The notes under the pieces were generated by a model. The model saw only the letters and a program-made list of their open reading frames with translations. It was not told the origin of the DNA and searched no databases. A stretch of DNA of 63,700 nucleotides, counting the filler, from Dimorphilus gyrociliatus (Eukaryota > Animalia > Annelida), in the NCBI GenBank assembly GCA_904063045.1. It is 3 parts of 3 records of this genome, joined end to end, with 100 filler letters (N's around TTAATTAATTAA, not from the genome) between each part and the next. Parts side by side here need not be neighbours in the genome. Positions count along the whole stretch, not along the records: positions 54,631 to 63,700 come from CAJFCJ010000192.1; 2 more parts are not named here. One strand, 5' to 3'. The position numbers and the translations under genes are program-made. Below, piece after piece: positions 59,576 to 63,700 of this stretch (its first letter is position 1; each line of letters opens with the position of its first letter).

Positions 59576-61053
59576 CAGTCTGGGAAAAAAAAATGAAACA
59601 AGCAAAAAAAGTCAAAAGTCAACTCTCCTTTATTTATTTAATAAACTTTATTATAACTATTTTATTCAGTTTTGATGATATTTATTTATAGGGTATTGTT
59701 TTTATTTAAAACCTGATTTTGTTAACTTTATAACCAAAATAAGTTTCATCAATTTTAATTTTGGGAAAAAAAATGAAACAAAATTAATTTAATAAGAAGT
59801 ATGTTTCCCTTTGTTTCTTATACACTCGATTATTCTTTTATTCATAGAATCAGATAATTTTTTGCATAAATCCGGTGTTATTGCATTCCAAATTTCTACT
59901 ATTTTCGCTTTTAATTCATCGTGACTTGAAAACGATTTTCCCCTTAATTCGTATTTTATTATAGCCCAAAGATTCTCTATTGGGTTCAAATCAGGCGACT
60001 GATACGGCCATGGTAGTACATTAATATTATTTGTCTCGAAATAACGTTTAGCAAGCCGACTTGTGTGCTTTGGATCATTATCTTGTTGAAATTTAATAAC
60101 ATCACAAGCCAATTGTCCTTTCATTTCAGGAAGATATGTAGCTAATATAGATACATATTTGATTGCATCCATCGTTCCATCTATAAAATGTAGTTTTCCA
60201 ACTCCTTTAGAGCTAAAAAATCCCCAAACCATTATTTTTTTATATCCGAATTTTTTTGTCAAGTTGATTGGAGTTCTTGTATCATCACTTTTCCATACTT
60301 TGAACCTTCCAGCATCATTAAAATATGAAAAAGATGTTTCATCACTGTAAATAACGTCATTCCAATAATTTTTGCCCAAGAACAACCACCTCTCCGCTAT
60401 TTTCAGTCTTTGTTCCATATGCTTTGAGGTGAGATGTGGTTTCCTTATTGGTGTCACTGCTCTAAAACCATTACTTTTTAGAAAATTACGAATTGTCCTA
60501 GCTGTAATCGTCATTCTACGTTCTTCATCCAGTTTGTTAGCAATTTTATAGCTGCTAATTAAACTGTTACTTTTAAAATTTTTTTTGATCAGTGATAAAT
60601 CATGATTTTTTAACACTTTTTTCCTGCCAGATCCTGTCTTACGTTCCATCGACCCGAATTCATTATATCTCTTGATGATTCTCCAAACGGTTGACACGCT
60701 AATACCGACTTTTTTTGAAATATCTCGATATGTATATCCCTCTTTTTTTAAGGATAGAACCTGACCTTTGTCAAACTCGGTGCAATGAACTTTCATAAGG
60801 GGCTAAACACCTTCTATATTTATACTAAAGTGGAGGGAAATTGTTTTTAAATTTAGTTTCATTTTTTTCCCCAAAATTAAGATCGATGAAACTTATTTTT
60901 GTTATAAATTAATAAAATCAGGGGGGAAATAAAAACAATCCCCTCTATATAAATATCATTAAAACTGAGTAAAAGAATTATAATAATGTTTATGCAATAA
61001 AGTAGAGCTGATTTTTGACTTTTTTTTAACTTGTTTCTTTTTTCCCCAGACTG
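59576..61053 (-). mobile_element. Tc1 (DD34E) element, intact ORF, diverged ~210-bp IR/DR arms
   Basis: TA|CAGTCTGGG ... CCCCAGACTG|TA. GGGAAAAAAAATGAAAC direct repeats as in the 397-1880 element; arm interiors visibly mismatched. Confidence 0.93.
59789..60796 (-). CDS. Tc1 transposase (335 aa)
   Basis: YSDETSF and QDNDPKH-34 aa-E, WPYQSPDLNPIENLW. Confidence 0.96.
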   Translation of the reverse strand: MKVHCTEFDKGQVLSLKKEGYTYRDISKKVGISVSTVWRIIKRYNEFGSMERKTGSGRKKVLKNHDLSLIKKNFKSNSLISSYKIANKLDEERRMTITARTIRNFLKSNGFRAVTPIRKPHLTSKHMEQRLKIAERWLFLGKNYWNDVIYSDETSFSYFNDAGRFKVWKSDDTRTPINLTKKFGYKKIMVWGFFSSKGVGKLHFIDGTMDAIKYVSILATYLPEMKGQLACDVIKFQQDNDPKHTSRLAKRYFETNNINVLPWPYQSPDLNPIENLWAIIKYELRGKSFSSHDELKAKIVEIWNAITPDLCKKLSDSMNKRIIECIRNKGKHTSY

Positions 61054-61545
61054 TATATAATATTGTATATAAATGTTAAAATTATTAATGGTATTACTAA
61101 CTCCAGATTCATTTAAATAATAGCTTGTTTTTCCCCAAGGTTTCCTGGCTAAAAGATTATTATTAACCTCAATATAAATACATCTATTTTCTATCACACT
61201 GGTTTTAGAGTCTAAAAAGTGATAGCCGAAAATCGCATCAATATCTATGTAATCAATTCTAGATATGGATTTCTATTTTTTCTTCTATAAGATTCATAGG
61301 TAATATCTTTTGTGATTTGACGTAAAAAAGATCTTTTAAATCTCTTTTGGGTTCCTCAAGTTTTGGCAAGAAATTTAATGGCTGTTCGTCTTTTTTATTT
61401 AGATTTTCTAAAAAAGTTGTTATGCTAATTTTATCATTTATATCATTATCTAAATTATTATTGTACTCTATAAAACAGCTTATATCAAACTGGGATGCAC
61501 TTTGCGTGCTTGATGGAATTATTCGTAATTTTTTATTGGTAGATT
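61054..61545 (-). pseudogene. Unidentified coding fragment ending at the Tc1 insertion
   Basis: Open stretch KSTNKKLRII..EKIEIHI, a frame change, then SRIDYIDIDAIFG..FNIYIQYY up to the TA at 61054. Confidence 0.35.
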
Positions 61546-63386
61546 TTTAATATAAAAAAGGGCGGTTCTAATCCATTATAATACGATCTGTAGATCGTTA
61601 TAGATTGTTATATAATATAAATCCAATAATTATGACCTTTATATTGTGATAAAGGGACATAACTCTTGTATATGAAGCAATGCTTTTTCTTGCTTAATTT
61701 TTTTTATTTATTCTTTGACATAGTCGCTCTTTTGGTTTAATAAATTTAATATTTAAAATAGTCGTAGTTATATTTGCTTTAATGCCAACCTAATTACTGA
61801 TAGAATAACAATTGGCGTAGGATTTTCCGTATCGCGGATCCTCGTAACTTTTATAGCTTCGTTAAGAAAAGGGATTTTATCCATACAGATAATATATTGT
61901 ATTAAAAAACTAAATGCTCAGTAAACTAAATCAGTGTTTTCTGTCTAGCCCAAGATTAAAATTTGATAAAATTTAACAAAAGTTATATTACTCGAAAAAA
62001 AACAAATCTCCAAAAAACATTTAATTTTTAAATTTTATCTTTTTATCTCTCGATATTACTTGAACTACTTTTTTAAAACAAATATTTGAGAAAGCTAATA
62101 AATTATTATCAATGATTTAACAAATTATAATTTCTTAACAAACTAAACACTAAATAAAATCGATTGATTTATTACAAAATATGAAATATCAAACCTTGCT
62201 TCTTATAAAGTATTAGTAGAAAACTAAGCTCGCTCTTTATAGAATAGATAAATACAAAGAGTTAATATTATACCTCTTGATAAGTCCTAAAAACGGCTGC
62301 TGGAAAAATATTTTATCTATATTAGTTTTGTAATTTTTTAAATATTCTACACTTTGCACTGTTAAAGATAAGTAGCATAATAACATTATCATTATCAAAA
62401 AAACGAATATTATCTTTCATGTTTTATATATTTTCACGTTATCTATGAGAATAATTTTGCTTTTTTTTGCTAAACTTTCAGGTTTTATTATATTTAATGT
62501 TTTAGTCATACCTATAAGGTGGGGGTTCTTTGCAGGGTTATACAATATCTGTAGCTATTCAATTTTGCTTATTTCTTGGTGTTATTATAGTCTTCAAAGA
62601 TTCTGTTATTTATCCCTAGATTTTTGTTCTGTGAAGAGAAAATCCGTTTTTGTTTGTTCTTGATTTTTAGTTTATAATTCAATTGGTAGTATATCCAAAG
62701 AAAACTTTAATTATCATACACTCTAACAATAAGTGTAATATTAGGAACCGTAAATGGAGGGATTCTTTAATATTAAATTACATTTGTTTATTTGTTCTTA
62801 ATTGTTCTTTATATCTTCTTTTATCATTATCAAGAATAGATGATAGTCCTAACCTATTATATTTTAGAAAGTCTACTTTTTTAATTTGAAGCCTTCGTTT
62901 TTTAATTTTATTGTAAGTCAGAGCATAGTATGCACATAACTCTTAGAATCTAGTTTCATATATCTACTAATCTGTTTTTTGAAATAATTGCATTAATTTA
63001 CTCTTCTAAACTACCCCTCTCATCTTAAAGTCGAGTATTTAGTGGCAAAGAGGAGGGGCTGTTGCATAATGGATTCTATACAAAACATTTGGTGATCATA
63101 TCCCTGATGTTATATTTAATGTATTTTTGGGTATATAATATCTTCGTTTTTTAATTTATCCGCTAATTTCAGATAAAAAGTATTTTTTTTATTTAAATTT
63201 TTTTATAGCTTCTGCTATTACTATAAGGTAGGTCTTGGATGAATGGTATTACTTATAAAACTATTATAATGTATCGAAACATTATCACAAAGACTTATAC
63301 ATTAATATTTCTTATTCAAATTAAGAATGTCTGTTTTTCTTAACAAGTAAGTCCGTATTTTTTCATTAAATAATATATCCGGTGCG

Positions 63387-63414
63387 CCTCAACTTGCCAT
63401 ATTGCGAGTTGAGG
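63387..63414. other. GC-richer hairpin near the end of the MULE element
   Basis: CCTCAACTTGC-CATATT-GCGAGTTGAGG, an 11-bp stem with one mismatch. Confidence 0.7.
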
Positions 63415-63467
63415 TACTTTTTTTAAAAAAATTTAAAAAATAATTAAAAATCTTACTTTTCTAAACA

Positions 63468-63700
63468 TCATTCGACAACATCTTCTAGAGCAGCTGAAAA
63501 TCCATTTTCAACGAAAATATCATAATTTTTCGAAATTACCTTTAAACTTTCTTCCTTTTTGAAATTTGTTTTTGAAACCTCAATTCCTTTTCCACACAAT
63601 TTTTGAGTTATATTAAAATGCACCTTTTCTTCTTCTTTGTATAATATCTCATGAAACCTAGCTATATTAGGATGAGCTATTGAGTCTTCCTGATTTCCCC
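63468..63700 (-). mobile_element. 3' end of a Mutator-like (MULE) transposase, cut by the window edge
   Basis: AHPNIARFHEILYKEE..Q..CGK..KKEE.LKVI.KNY..* fits the MULE HPNIxxFxxxLxxEE C-terminal pattern. Stop at 63468-63470. Confidence 0.65.

Noticed and set aside
61600-63370. Coding or retroelement remnant on the minus strand; small plus-strand ORFs 62445 and 62683
   Set aside because: Frequent stops and no diagnostic motif. The small ORFs are typical AT-rich noise.
63640-63680. HPNIARFHE as protein kinase subdomain IV
   Set aside because: The protein stops ~65 aa later with no catalytic loop, and the surrounding residues fit the MULE C-terminus better.

Overview
The window is not one locus. 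It is three unlinked scaffolds joined by artificial 100-bp spacers (44 N + TTAATTAATTAA + 44 N at 26354-26453 and 54531-54630), plus a real 997-N gap at 34779-35775. Scaffolds 1 (1-26353) and 3 (54631-63700) look microsporidian. Their genes are intronless and very AT-rich with CCC motifs just before the ATG. They include a secreted LRR protein, a secreted serpin split by a Merlin transposon, a compact Listerin/LTN1 and an Sds3-like gene, among dense Tc1, Merlin (ISXO2), Mutator and integrase-type elements. Many genes there are broken by single-base deletions, often in homopolymers, which look like consensus errors. Scaffold 2 (26454-54530) is an invertebrate animal sequence with short GT-AG introns. 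It carries a type II membrane serine protease with an unusual TM-SEA-(MAM)x8-protease layout, a decayed NACHT-LRR gene whose 11 x 57-aa LRR array is still open, further LRR paralogues, TE debris, and an LGR/GRL101-like 7TM receptor apparently fused to a C-terminal pseudokinase. The strongest candidates for novelty are the GPCR-pseudokinase fusion, a possible hidden microsporidian genome, the 8-MAM protease, the CrmA-like serpin and a Tc1 with about 560-bp TIRs. All family calls come from motif recognition by eye; no database searches were run.
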